Positions 20,689 to 30,515 of a stretch of DNA of 64,000 bases are shown here, piece by piece. Made by a program: the position numbers and the translations under genes. This DNA is from Candidatus Heimdallarchaeota archaeon (GTDB lineage: Archaea > Asgardarchaeota > Heimdallarchaeia > Heimdallarchaeales > Heimdallarchaeaceae), in NCBI GenBank assembly GCA_030668825.1, contig DAOVET010000003.1, forward strand, positions 11,047 to 75,046, in the 5' to 3' direction. The notes beneath the pieces were generated by a model, which saw only the letters and a list, made by a program, of their open reading frames with translations, had not been told where the DNA came from and searched no databases. How positions within the stretch are numbered: the first letter of the stretch is position 1; every line of letters starts with the position of its first letter.

Positions 20689-21108
20689 TTGGACTCACCC
20701 TTCGAATTTACTCCAGATTTAAATGAACTTCTTTTGAATAAAAAACTTGCTAAATTCGGAGATTCTATTGTGAATTTCATTTACAATGCGGCTGTATACA
20801 ATGCTACTAAAGAATTGAAAGGGATAAAAGTTTGGGATCAATGTCTTGCAAAAGCATGCAGAGATTCTCCTTTAAGAAAGTATGTGGGCTCAAGGAAAAA
20901 TGCGGGGGATTTGGGTGATGCCGTTGAAGCATTTATTGCCTTTATTTATCTAAGAAATCCAATCAACATTACTGAAATGATTTCAATTTTAACAAAAAGC
21001 ATTACAATAAACAAGCATTTGCTAAAACTTAATGAAAGAGAATTATGTTCCAAAGCTTTTACAGTTTTACTAGATGAATTATGTAAAAATCTTGGAATAA
21101 GTAAATAA
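20689..21108 (+). CDS. Archaeal ribonuclease III-family protein
   Basis: LAKFGDSIVNF, KVWD, GDAVEAFIA. Confidence 0.8.
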   Translation: MDSPFEFTPDLNELLLNKKLAKFGDSIVNFIYNAAVYNATKELKGIKVWDQCLAKACRDSPLRKYVGSRKNAGDLGDAVEAFIAFIYLRNPINITEMISILTKSITINKHLLKLNERELCSKAFTVLLDELCKNLGISK

Positions 21109-21118
21109 TTTGCTTTTT

Positions 21119-21700
21119 TCATAAAAGATAATCTTTGAAACTCTGCCCTATTATGTCTGCTAATCTGAGGCTTTCAGGAACACAACTTGAGTAGGTTGTG
21201 ATTTGAAGCAGATTTTTCACTTCATCAATATTTCTGAACCCTAGATATTGTACATATATTTTGCACTCTCTTCCACTTTGATTTACGAATTCAACCTTCT
21301 CTAGATTTGGGTTAGACATTAGAATTTCTAGACGCTTTTCCCAATCAGGAAGATGAGATAGTGCTTTCTTAACTTCTGCATCATTAGGCGGGTTGTGTAA
21401 AATTGATATTGTTGGTATGGCTGTTTTTTGGAAGATATCTCTCATGTTAATAACATTGAATGCAGCAATAGTTGCACTTCCTAAAACTATAGCTTTCACC
21501 TGATTTAGGAACTTGCTTTCCTTTATCATAGTGACTATTCTATCTGTCGCATCCAAACCATCAACTGTTATTTCTGTTCTTAAAACACCCTCAATTAGAT
21601 TATTTCCTCTTACAACAACACCAAAAACAAAGCATTTCAAGGACTTTTCTCTACTAAAAGCCGCATCATCAATACCTATTGTTCTAATATTTCTCTTCAC
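21119..21700 (-). CDS. DUF99 family protein (endonuclease V-like fold)
   Basis: IGIDDA, ITVDGLDAT, AAFNVIN, VPESLRLA. Confidence 0.9.
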   Translation of the reverse strand: MKRNIRTIGIDDAAFSREKSLKCFVFGVVVRGNNLIEGVLRTEITVDGLDATDRIVTMIKESKFLNQVKAIVLGSATIAAFNVINMRDIFQKTAIPTISILHNPPNDAEVKKALSHLPDWEKRLEILMSNPNLEKVEFVNQSGRECKIYVQYLGFRNIDEVKNLLQITTYSSCVPESLRLADIIGQSFKDYLL

Positions 21701-21798
21701 AGCTTACTTTCTAGTGTTATTTATTTAAGTAACTATCTAATTTCTGTGTTAGGAAAGTAACTTTTTAAATAAAGGGTATAGAGAGATTACTGGTTTAT

Positions 21799-22596
21799 AT
21801 GAGTAGAAGAAACCTCCCAGAATATGGTGATTTAGTAATTGGTACAGTTAAGAGCATTTTCGATCATGGAGTATATGTTGATCTTGATGAGTACGACGAT
21901 TTACAAGCATATTGCCATGTTTCTGAAGTTAGTTCCACTTGGGTGAGGAACATTCGAAATGTTATGAGGTTGGGCAAGAAGGTTGTAGGAAGGGTTATGC
22001 GAGTCAAAGAAAATCAGATTGACATCAGCATAAAAAGAGTTTCTGATGGATTAAAAAGAAAGAAAGTTGAAGAAACTAAAAGATATAAAACCGCTCTAAC
22101 TCTTCTGGAGATGAGTGCTAAAATAAGGAAGATAAGCTTCGAAACAGCTCGAGCTGAAGTTGAAGATTTATGCACTGAATATTATGGGAGCTTCTACCAA
22201 GCCTTTGAAGAATCATTATTCAGCGGAGAGAGCATTTTTACTGATGCAAATGTATCTGAAGAGTGGGCTCAAGTGCTAACTGATATGGCAAAAACGAATT
22301 TAACCATACCCAAAGTGGAGATTTCCAGAGATATTGAGATAATTTGTTGGGAAGGTAATGGAGTTAATTCGATTAGAGATGCTCTTAAAAAAGCAAGTAA
22401 ATCTAGAGAAGAGATTGACGCAGGAGAAGAAGAGCTCAATATGAACATATATGTAAGAGGCGCACCCATGTATAGATTCGTTATCTCAGCAAGAGATTAC
22501 GAGTTAGCAGAAGAGTTAATGTCTAAAGTAGTCTCTACAATTGAGGATTCCTTGTCTACAGTCAAAGCTTCTGTTAAGGTTGTTGAATCAAAGTAA
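21799..22596 (+). CDS. eif2a: Translation initiation factor 2 alpha subunit
   Basis: LPEYGDLVIGTV, HVSEVSSTWVRNIR, IDISIKRV, GAPMYR. Confidence 0.96.
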   Translation: MSRRNLPEYGDLVIGTVKSIFDHGVYVDLDEYDDLQAYCHVSEVSSTWVRNIRNVMRLGKKVVGRVMRVKENQIDISIKRVSDGLKRKKVEETKRYKTALTLLEMSAKIRKISFETARAEVEDLCTEYYGSFYQAFEESLFSGESIFTDANVSEEWAQVLTDMAKTNLTIPKVEISRDIEIICWEGNGVNSIRDALKKASKSREEIDAGEEELNMNIYVRGAPMYRFVISARDYELAEELMSKVVSTIEDSLSTVKASVKVVESK

Positions 22597-22607
22597 GGGA
22601 GATTTTA

Positions 22608-22784
22608 ATGACCAAATCTATCTTTTTCTGTGCTAAATGCAAAACCTATACCCTGAATGATAAAACATGTCCAAATTGTGAAGGTAGAGTTGTTTCTCCT
22701 CAACCTGCTCGTTTTTCTATAGAGAAAGAAAAAAAATATTCAATTTATAGAAGAAAATTGCTAAAAGAAGAAATAAAAAAATAG
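22608..22784 (+). CDS. nop10: H/ACA RNP protein Nop10 (58 aa; not in ORF track)
   Basis: Manual translation MTKSIFFCAKCKTYTLNDKTCPNCEGRVVSPQPARFSIEKEKKYSIYRRKLLKEEIKK; canonical position after aIF2alpha. Confidence 0.93.
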   Translation: MTKSIFFCAKCKTYTLNDKTCPNCEGRVVSPQPARFSIEKEKKYSIYRRKLLKEEIKK

Positions 22785-22791
22785 TTTTTTG

Positions 22792-23391
22792 TTATTTACA
22801 TTGTAATATTGCTACCTCTATAATATGCTGTCTTTTTGTGTGAAAACTGTAAATTTTAGGTATTTCAAACTCTGCTTTTATTATTTCTTTCACTTCTTTG
22901 TTGTGATTTTTCACGAAACTCTTCAGGAAAATGATATTTCTTTCTTGATGAAGATGAATAGAATAAGATATCATAGAAGCTTTTAGAGCTGAAAGTAAAA
23001 ACTCTTGATCTTTAATCTCTCCTTGAACACCAAAGGGACTATTCATAAAAACTGTATCAAACTTTCGCTCAGTAGTTCTTACATCTTCTTCGAAGAATTC
23101 TACATCTACTTCCAATTTAGCAGCATTTTGTTTTGCAATTTCTAAAGCTTCTTTATCAATTTCTAATCCAATAACCTTTTTTGCACCTAGTTGTTTAGCA
23201 CCTATTCCAAACATTCCTGTTCCGCAACAAAAGTCTCCTATAACTTTATTTTCAATATGTCCTAGTTGATAAGCTCTCCAGAGAATCATTGCTGCTATAC
23301 GTGGTGGGGTTTGATATTGCTCCAGTTTTACATTAGGTTTCTGAAACGTTTGAACTTGTGAGAGTAGCATTTCAATGTCCTTTTGTCTCAC
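22792..23391 (-). CDS. METTL5-family SAM-dependent methyltransferase
   Basis: LEQYQTP, DFCCGTG, NSPFG, FHTK. Confidence 0.9.
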   Translation of the reverse strand: MRQKDIEMLLSQVQTFQKPNVKLEQYQTPPRIAAMILWRAYQLGHIENKVIGDFCCGTGMFGIGAKQLGAKKVIGLEIDKEALEIAKQNAAKLEVDVEFFEEDVRTTERKFDTVFMNSPFGVQGEIKDQEFLLSALKASMISYSIHLHQERNIIFLKSFVKNHNKEVKEIIKAEFEIPKIYSFHTKRQHIIEVAILQCK

Positions 23392-24149
23392 CTCTTCTCT
23401 CCCCCCCCTGATTTCTTCAACTGATGAAGAATGGTTTTGAAAATGCCAATTAATGAGTGAATCTCTTCACTAGTCGGGAAGCTTCTATTAACAACAGTTG
23501 TAAAACTGTGAAAAGCGATAGGTTTTCTGTACTCTTCGTACGGTAGGAAATCAATTAAATCTTCAACTAAGTCAAATAAGATTTTTCTTTCTATACTAGT
23601 TGAAATCCTCTCTTCTGAAATCCTTTTTTCAGTTTGTGATAATTCCTTCCATATTTCATATAATATAATTGCAACAGCTTGGGAAATATTCAAAACTCTA
23701 TGATCCCCAGGTATAGGAATATTTACTAAAATATCACACAATCGTAATTCCTCGTTAGATAACCCCCTATCTTCTCTTCCAAAAACTATACCCATATTTC
23801 CTTGAGATACGTTTTGAATCTCACTTAAGTTCCAAGGAAAAGAAGGTTGTCTATATACATTGTAGTTCAATCCTGCCTTAGCAGAAGTTCCTATTAAAAG
23901 TGAATAATTTTCCTTTATTTCTTTTATAGAATTGACCACTTCAGCTTCCTCTAAGTATTTTATTGAGTGCTTAGCCCTCTTTCTAGCTTCCCCATCAAGA
24001 TGATTAACTTGAGGTGCAACTAAAACTAATCTATTAATTGCAAAGTTGTTACACAATCTAGCAATTGCACCAATATTCCCCCCAATTTTGGGTTCTACCA
24101 AGATAACATCTTGCTTAATATTTGTTTCATAATATGTCATTTCTTTCAC
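23388..24149 (-). CDS. trmJ: TrmJ-family SPOUT tRNA 2'-O-methyltransferase
   Basis: LVEPKIGGNIGAIARLCNNF, VFGREDRGLSNEEL, LNISQAV. Confidence 0.9.
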   Translation of the reverse strand: MKEMTYYETNIKQDVILVEPKIGGNIGAIARLCNNFAINRLVLVAPQVNHLDGEARKRAKHSIKYLEEAEVVNSIKEIKENYSLLIGTSAKAGLNYNVYRQPSFPWNLSEIQNVSQGNMGIVFGREDRGLSNEELRLCDILVNIPIPGDHRVLNISQAVAIILYEIWKELSQTEKRISEERISTSIERKILFDLVEDLIDFLPYEEYRKPIAFHSFTTVVNRSFPTSEEIHSLIGIFKTILHQLKKSGGGEKR

Positions 24150-24762
24150 AAAAATTGATTTTTACTAAATATAGTTTCTCAAAGAATAAGCTTAACTCAC
24201 TTATAATCTCTAATTCTAATCCCTCTTTCTTTAATTCTTGAATATTGTCTTCATGCCAGCTTAGAGATGAGAATATAGTATAAAAACTGGCATTAACCTT
24301 GTTTTTTCGTAAAGAATCCAACATCTCATACGTCTCTTCATAGCCTTTTTTCCCCCCCACTAACATAAGCCTGTTTAATGATGAAAGGTTTCCACTTTCT
24401 TCATTATCTGGTAGATAGGGCGGATTCCAGATAATGATTTCAGAGTCGAGATAATGAACTGCCTCAAGCTTATCCATACAAACAATGTCAACTTGATTCT
24501 GAATACTGTTTAACTGTAAATTGTACTTAATTGCTTTAGTGGCACTAAAGGAAATATCTGATATTAGAAACTGAATATGGGGATTTCTTTTGGCAAGAAC
24601 AATAGATATAATCCCTGAACCGCTACCTATTTCCACTATTTTCTCTATGTTGTTTGATATTTCTATTGCATCTATTAGAAAAAAAGTATCTTCCGATGGA
24701 AAATAGACGTCATCATCTAATTCTAGTTCTATTTCATATTTGGGGAAATCATATTTAACCAA
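24127..24762 (-). CDS. HemK2/aPrmC-family glutamine methyltransferase
   Basis: VYFPSEDTFFL, EIGSGSG, NPPY, GG..G, LFFEKL. Confidence 0.88.
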   Translation of the reverse strand: MVKYDFPKYEIELELDDDVYFPSEDTFFLIDAIEISNNIEKIVEIGSGSGIISIVLAKRNPHIQFLISDISFSATKAIKYNLQLNSIQNQVDIVCMDKLEAVHYLDSEIIIWNPPYLPDNEESGNLSSLNRLMLVGGKKGYEETYEMLDSLRKNKVNASFYTIFSSLSWHEDNIQELKKEGLELEIISELSLFFEKLYLVKINFCERNDIL

Positions 24763-25613
24763 AGTTCCTCGCCTATCCTTTCTTTCATGTGACCATATAG
24801 TTGCAGAAGTTCTTCAATTGACATTGTAAAAACCCGTCTATCCATAAATTGAAGCGTTTCCAAAACTTTCCTCTCAACCAATATATTTTCCTTTTCCTTT
24901 CTCTTCATTATATTGAACAAAATACTTCTAATTGTCTTTTTCTTGTTTGTAAAAAGCATTCTTACAAATGCAGAAAAATCTTCGTTATCATCTAAATGAA
25001 CTTCATCTTTTTTTGTAATAGCTACTATTGAAGAATATATCTTGGGTTGTGGATAGAATGAAGTTGGTTTAACAGTCTTAAGATTCCTACAAATAGCCTT
25101 TAAATTAATCATCACTGACAGTCTTGAATAATTCTTGGTTCCAGGTTTGGCAAAAAACCTTTGTGCAAACTCCCTTTGATACATGAGAATTGCTAAATCA
25201 AAAGAATATTCTAGAAGCTTAAATGTTATGGGAGAAGATATTTGATAGGGTAGATTGGAGACACATTTAGTAAATCTTGGGAACTCTGTTTTAACAGCAT
25301 CCCCTTGAATTATTTCTACATTTGAAAAATCTTGTAGAAAATTAGTTAATAATGAGATCATTCGTTTATCATGTTCTATAATAATCAGTTTTTTAGCTTT
25401 GATAGCAATACATTTTGATAGGTTCCCTATTCCTCCTCCAATTTCAAGAACAATATCCTTGGGTTGTATACTTGCTTGGTTTATTTGGTAGTTGATAATG
25501 TTGGAATCTATTAAAAAATTCTGCCCCCTATGTCTGGAAGGGGCGATATTCAACTCTCCTAAACTATTTAAAACATGTTTTCTTAATTCAAAAGATGAAG
25601 TCCAGCAATCCAT
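24729..25613 (-). CDS. rsmA: 16S rRNA dimethyladenosine transferase KsgA/Dim1
   Basis: GQNFLID, LEIGGGIG, SNLPYQISSP, YSRLSV. Confidence 0.95.
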   Translation of the reverse strand: MDCWTSSFELRKHVLNSLGELNIAPSRHRGQNFLIDSNIINYQINQASIQPKDIVLEIGGGIGNLSKCIAIKAKKLIIIEHDKRMISLLTNFLQDFSNVEIIQGDAVKTEFPRFTKCVSNLPYQISSPITFKLLEYSFDLAILMYQREFAQRFFAKPGTKNYSRLSVMINLKAICRNLKTVKPTSFYPQPKIYSSIVAITKKDEVHLDDNEDFSAFVRMLFTNKKKTIRSILFNIMKRKEKENILVERKVLETLQFMDRRVFTMSIEELLQLYGHMKERIGEELWLNMISPNMK

Positions 25614-25633
25614 TATTCAAACCATTTTTGGTG

Positions 25634-26299
25634 TTACCTTCTTTGTCTAGAATCTGGGGTTGCTGTAAATAATCTATGTTTCTCATCTTCTTCTAATTCT
25701 TGCATAATTCTATTGAGAATCATTTTTCTTATATCCGAGATTTTTACTCTCTCTTCTATATCGCTAAAGGAGACGAAAGGCATGCTTTTTCTTGATTGTA
25801 ATATCTCCCACATCAGCTTCTTTCCAATGCCAGGTATTAATTGTAGAGAGTGAATACGGTTGGTTATAGGTTGAGCTTTATTGAAAAAGGAAACAAATCT
25901 TTTTTCGTTTTTGTTTATTATATTAATTACAGCCTCTTCCAATGAACTATGTCCTGTGTTTGTTAAATCATTTACAGTAATTCTTCGTTTGATTTGTCTA
26001 ATTGGAGTTTTTTCACTGATTTTTGGTAGAGGTAGCTCTGTGAATAGAGGATAACTGCTCCTTTTTTCAACAACAATATCGAGTAAACTAAACCATGTTG
26101 TACCAATACCCTGAATTGTAGGTTCCCTTTGTTTGGTTTGTCCAAAACCCTTACCTTCTGGTAAATAGTCGAGAACTAGAATTCGTGATTCATCTTTCTT
26201 TGTATGTTTTACACGAGTAACGGGACCAATAATGAAATCATCACTTTCTGTTGATTTCTCAGGACGTTTGTTTGATCTGGAATGTTGATTGTTTACCAT
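25634..26299 (-). CDS. DUF655 family nucleic-acid-binding protein
   Basis: VLDYLPEG, FVSFFNKAQPITNRIHSLQLIPGIGKK; synteny with rpoF and rsmA. Confidence 0.92.
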   Translation of the reverse strand: MVNNQHSRSNKRPEKSTESDDFIIGPVTRVKHTKKDESRILVLDYLPEGKGFGQTKQREPTIQGIGTTWFSLLDIVVEKRSSYPLFTELPLPKISEKTPIRQIKRRITVNDLTNTGHSSLEEAVINIINKNEKRFVSFFNKAQPITNRIHSLQLIPGIGKKLMWEILQSRKSMPFVSFSDIEERVKISDIRKMILNRIMQELEEDEKHRLFTATPDSRQRR

Positions 26300-26373
26300 G
26301 ATACTCTCACCATAAATAAGTACGAATACAAAAAAAGTTTTTGCTTTCTTGGTATTAATCCTATATTGAAGTT

Positions 26374-26727
26374 TTATGCCGATTTGGGTTCTCTATCGAT
26401 AAATGGCTTAATAATATTAAAGATTTCTTTGATATCAGAATCTGTTAGCATTTGTGGTTCTTTTGAGAGCAAATCCTTCAGTTCTTCTAAAGATGGGGGA
26501 AGTATATTAGCAATAGAATATGCTGAGAGTTCAGATAATTTATATTTTTTAATTAATTTCTCAACTATTTCTCTAGATTCTTCAGGTTCAATTCTAGCAT
26601 TTTGCATAGCATGTTCAAATGCAACTCTTTGCCAGTAGGAAAGTTCGGATTCTTCACTTCTTTCCTGTAAAATACGCATAGCTTCAGAAATTGTTAATGG
26701 TTTTTTATCGAGACCCTCTCTAGGCAT
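26374..26727 (-). CDS. rpoF: RNA polymerase subunit Rpo4 (F)
   Basis: LTISEA..IL, LSYWQR, IANILP; between rpl21e and DUF655. Confidence 0.92.
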   Translation of the reverse strand: MPREGLDKKPLTISEAMRILQERSEESELSYWQRVAFEHAMQNARIEPEESREIVEKLIKKYKLSELSAYSIANILPPSLEELKDLLSKEPQMLTDSDIKEIFNIIKPFIDREPKSA

Positions 26728-26739
26728 AAACTCACTTCA

Positions 26740-27051
26740 CTAATTTTCTACTTGAATTACAGAACGACTTAAGCGTAAATGTTCCTTTACGGCAATAATC
26801 TGCTTTGTAGCTCTTCCTTGTTTTATTGAAACAATGAAAGCTTTACCTTGCTTCTTTGTGATTTCTCCTGTTTTACCATGATATCTTCTGTGAGGCATTC
26901 CTCTATGTTCACCTGAATCAATAATAATGTCCACTATATCACCTTCGTTGAAATCACGCAATAGATAATCTAAAGGTCGAATACCTTTATCTCTTGTATG
27001 CTTCTTCATGAGATGTCTTGTTCTAGCACGATAACCTTTGGATTTACGCAT
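26740..27051 (-). CDS. rpl21e: 50S ribosomal protein eL21
   Basis: SKGYRARTR, GMPHRRYHGKTG, EHLR. Confidence 0.97.
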   Translation of the reverse strand: MRKSKGYRARTRHLMKKHTRDKGIRPLDYLLRDFNEGDIVDIIIDSGEHRGMPHRRYHGKTGEITKKQGKAFIVSIKQGRATKQIIAVKEHLRLSRSVIQVEN

Positions 27052-27170
27052 ACTTTACACCTTTATGTTTAATTTATACAAGTGAGCAAAGTCCCTCGAT
27101 GTAACTTTTAATCTTTTCGTTATCTGTTCTGGTGATTGTAAAACTAGCCTTCAAAACTACTACTTCTATT

Positions 27171-28511
27171 TCACACTTCATTGCCCCTATCCTGAATTTC
27201 AATGACATCCAATTCCTTGCATTTAGCTTCTATACCTATAACCTCTGCTATGCTGGGTTTTGTTCGATTATTATCTCCTGAAATTAGTTCTTTAACATAA
27301 CAACCACCATCACAGGTTATTATGGCTTCAATATGAGTCTCATTAATTCTTGAGCATTGAACAGAAAATGCTGTCTTTTTTCTTATAAGATCTGCTCTTC
27401 TATGAGAAACTCTCTGAGGTGTTCGTTGGTCTATGGGTCGGTTTTGAAAGAATTCTTCAATTTCTTTGATTTTCCTTTCAGAAATTGGTTCATTAAAGGC
27501 AATAAGAGCTTTGTACTTCTTTACTGTTCTTTCTGCACTGCTTTTTAAATCTCTCAACTCTTTTTTTGAAGACCATCTATATTCAGAAACATCGATTTTT
27601 CCTTTAACATATTGGTTTGTGTTTTTTTCAAGCTCACGCAAATCTATGGTTCGTACCTTTGGCTCCACTATTTCGAGAACAAAAGGTCTTCCTGTACCCA
27701 ACATCAAGGCATCTATATCCTCTCTTCCCGCCCCATGTAACACGCCTTTGTATCCATGTGTTAATTTAAGTGCTTCATATTCTGCAAGCTCCTCAACAGA
27801 TTCCTGATGTTTTTTACCAGTATGATTGCACTCTACACATCCCCTCCCTTTACATTTTCTACAAGGCCAACGTGTCTGAGGTAGAGTTCGGATATACTTT
27901 CGATATCGACCATAAATATACAAAGGTTTTAACTTGAGGGCTATAGAGTAGGTTAAAGGACTTATTTCGATGACAATTTCTGGGGACTGAAAATCGGTTT
28001 CTTTTGAAAGAAACTCCCCAATTTTTCCTCCTATCAAACGATTGAATTCTTGCTTTAAATATTCAGTTTGCACAACGTTGAATTCTTCTTTCAGATTTCT
28101 CTCTCTTTCAAAGAACTCCTTAGGTAGTGAAGTACCAATCAAGAAAGTTTGAAATTCATAATCTCTAATTTCTGGTAAAATCCCTTGTATAATTTCTTCA
28201 GAATTTTCAGTCAGAGTATTCTGACAGATATAACACTCTTCTGAATTCTCTGTTTCAAAATTATTTCTTTTTAGAGTGTTTTTTGCTAATTTATTGTCTG
28301 CTCTTGACAAAGCTTGAAGCATTAAGACAGTATTGTCTGTAATATCAGTTGAATAGAATAGAGTTAGAAAGTCCTTAATTGTTGAACCTCTATTCTTGTT
28401 TGTAGTTCCTGTTGACAAATTAGAGAATTGTCTCCCTAAACAAAAATCACACAAAGAATATGATTTTAGTATGTCTATAGCTTTTTTATGCAGAGTCATC
28501 CTATCTAACAC
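27171..28511 (-). CDS. pus10: tRNA pseudouridine(54/55) synthase Pus10
   Basis: CDFCLGRQF, GRYRK, HGAGREDIDALMLGTGRPF, QRTP.RV.HRR, YVKELISGD. Confidence 0.96.
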   Translation of the reverse strand: MLDRMTLHKKAIDILKSYSLCDFCLGRQFSNLSTGTTNKNRGSTIKDFLTLFYSTDITDNTVLMLQALSRADNKLAKNTLKRNNFETENSEECYICQNTLTENSEEIIQGILPEIRDYEFQTFLIGTSLPKEFFERERNLKEEFNVVQTEYLKQEFNRLIGGKIGEFLSKETDFQSPEIVIEISPLTYSIALKLKPLYIYGRYRKYIRTLPQTRWPCRKCKGRGCVECNHTGKKHQESVEELAEYEALKLTHGYKGVLHGAGREDIDALMLGTGRPFVLEIVEPKVRTIDLRELEKNTNQYVKGKIDVSEYRWSSKKELRDLKSSAERTVKKYKALIAFNEPISERKIKEIEEFFQNRPIDQRTPQRVSHRRADLIRKKTAFSVQCSRINETHIEAIITCDGGCYVKELISGDNNRTKPSIAEVIGIEAKCKELDVIEIQDRGNEV

Positions 28512-29070
28512 TCCCCAAAAGATAATTGGTAATAATTACTTGTTCATCAACTACTAGATGCTTTAAGAGCATTTTCTTTGAATTGATTGATAAAGGTAGT
28601 TTTTCGAAACCATAAGCAAAGACGTTGCTATGTTTAGTGATTTCTTGTGAAAATTCTGTTTCTTTTTCACATGTTGAAATAACTTGAACTATCTTATCCT
28701 CTTTGTGCTTTTCAAAGATCCAATCGCTACTTTGCTCTAGAACTGAAATTCCTGGGGTGAGTTTTCCATCTCGAGAATTAGAATCTAGTATGTGATTTTT
28801 TGCTCGTAGTATTAGGTGTGCTGCTGAAAAGAAGCTAGGACCAAGATACCTTAATTTGCTACCTTCGAAGGTAATTACATATGGCATTCCTTGGTAGCTT
28901 GTACAGTAATAAAGAACAAGATTCTTCCTAAATTGATTTGACAGAAAAAAAGAATCTGCAACTGATTTGATGTAGGGTGCGGATTCTTCCAACTCTATAT
29001 TTTTTTTATATAAATTGGATTTAATAAAAGATAAAGGAGGTGCGTTTAAGATGAAGAAAAGCTGAGACAT
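28501..29070 (-). CDS. TrmY-like SPOUT protein, divergent
   Basis: FFLSNQFRKN, FEGSKLRYLGP, TPGISV; adjacent to pus10; conserved residues altered. Confidence 0.65.
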   Translation of the reverse strand: MSQLFFILNAPPLSFIKSNLYKKNIELEESAPYIKSVADSFFLSNQFRKNLVLYYCTSYQGMPYVITFEGSKLRYLGPSFFSAAHLILRAKNHILDSNSRDGKLTPGISVLEQSSDWIFEKHKEDKIVQVISTCEKETEFSQEITKHSNVFAYGFEKLPLSINSKKMLLKHLVVDEQVIITNYLLGSVR

Positions 29071-29093
29071 ACGATTTCACATTTGGTGATTGT

Positions 29094-30437
29094 CTATTGC
29101 CCTAATAACCCAGGTGGTATTCCTGGTATTTGCATTCCTCCACGTCTTCCTTTACGCATGCGTTTTACCAGATTGGTCATCATCTTGTGTTGGGCCATTA
29201 GTTCTCTAACTTCTGAAACAGGTCTCCCACTACCTTTAGCAATTCGTTGAACTCTAGAACTCCCTAATTTGGTTTTTCCATCTAGTTCTTCATCTGTCAT
29301 TGAGGTCATAATGACTTTGAATCTTTTCATATTGTCCTTTGAAACATTGAGCATATCTTCATCTATAGTCATTCCTAATCCTGGAATCATTGAAAGCATT
29401 CTCTTCATCGAACCAGAGGAGCTGAAAGTGTCTAACAATTCCATCATTTGTCTATAGGAGATTTTACCACTTAGCATACTCATTGCTTCCTCTTTTGAGG
29501 GAAGAGCCTCCATTTCTCGTACTTCTTTCAAAAGACCTTCTAAATCCCCTACTCCAATAAGCCTTCCTACAAACGAAGTTGGGTTGAATTCCTCCAAAGA
29601 ATCAATATCTTCACCATCAGCAAGGAATTTAATTGGAACTTTAGCCGCTACTGCTGCAGAGAGACTTCCACCACCCTTAGCTGAACCATCCATCTTAGTT
29701 ACAATAACTGAACCAACTTTGGTTACTTCTGCAAAGGCAGAAGCTTGATCATGAGCTGCTTGTCCGAGATTTCCATCTACAACGAGCATAATTTCATCTG
29801 GTTTTATTTTGTCAGTAAGCTCTTTCATTTCTTTAAGAAGAGCTTTTTCCTCTTTGTGACGTCCAGCTGTATCAATAATGATAGTGTTATACTTTTCATC
29901 AAAAAACTTCTTAATACCATCTACTGCAATTTTGACAGTATTTTTGTTTTCAGGATCACCATAAACAGGTATTTTAATACTTGAGCAAAGTTGTTGCAAT
30001 TGTTCATAGGCACCCGGTCTAAAATTATCGACAGTTACAACTGCAACCTTTTTACCTCTTTTTTGAATGTATTTAGCTAGTTTTGCTGCTGTGGTTGTTT
30101 TTCCAGATCCTTGAATCCCTACCAACAGTATTAGTGTTGGTCTGTCTGGATGTAATGTAAGGGGGTAAACCTTTGTTCCTAGAAACTTAGAAAGCTCATC
30201 ATGTATGATTGACAAAACACTTTTTTTACGAGATAAACCATCCGGAAGTCCCTTATCCATAGATTTACGTTCAACTTCATTAACTACCTCTGCAGCTAAA
30301 TCAAATTGAACATCAGCTTCTAATAAAGCTTTTAACATTGCATTCTTTAATTCACGAATTTGCTCTTTATCTGGAGGACCACCTCTAAGAATCTTAGAAA
30401 TTGCGGTGTTAAGAGCAGATCCTAGTTTACCTAACAT
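29094..30437 (-). CDS. srp54: Signal recognition particle protein SRP54
   Basis: GIQGSGKTT, DTAGR, TKMD, Met-rich M domain, RIAKGSG. Confidence 0.98.
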   Translation of the reverse strand: MLGKLGSALNTAISKILRGGPPDKEQIRELKNAMLKALLEADVQFDLAAEVVNEVERKSMDKGLPDGLSRKKSVLSIIHDELSKFLGTKVYPLTLHPDRPTLILLVGIQGSGKTTTAAKLAKYIQKRGKKVAVVTVDNFRPGAYEQLQQLCSSIKIPVYGDPENKNTVKIAVDGIKKFFDEKYNTIIIDTAGRHKEEKALLKEMKELTDKIKPDEIMLVVDGNLGQAAHDQASAFAEVTKVGSVIVTKMDGSAKGGGSLSAAVAAKVPIKFLADGEDIDSLEEFNPTSFVGRLIGVGDLEGLLKEVREMEALPSKEEAMSMLSGKISYRQMMELLDTFSSSGSMKRMLSMIPGLGMTIDEDMLNVSKDNMKRFKVIMTSMTDEELDGKTKLGSSRVQRIAKGSGRPVSEVRELMAQHKMMTNLVKRMRKGRRGGMQIPGIPPGLLGQ

Positions 30438-30515
30438 GGATTATCATTTGAAGAATGCAAAAGAGATTAAAGAATATTTTGTTTTGAGGGAAAAGAAAAA
30501 AAGGAGTGATAGGAA

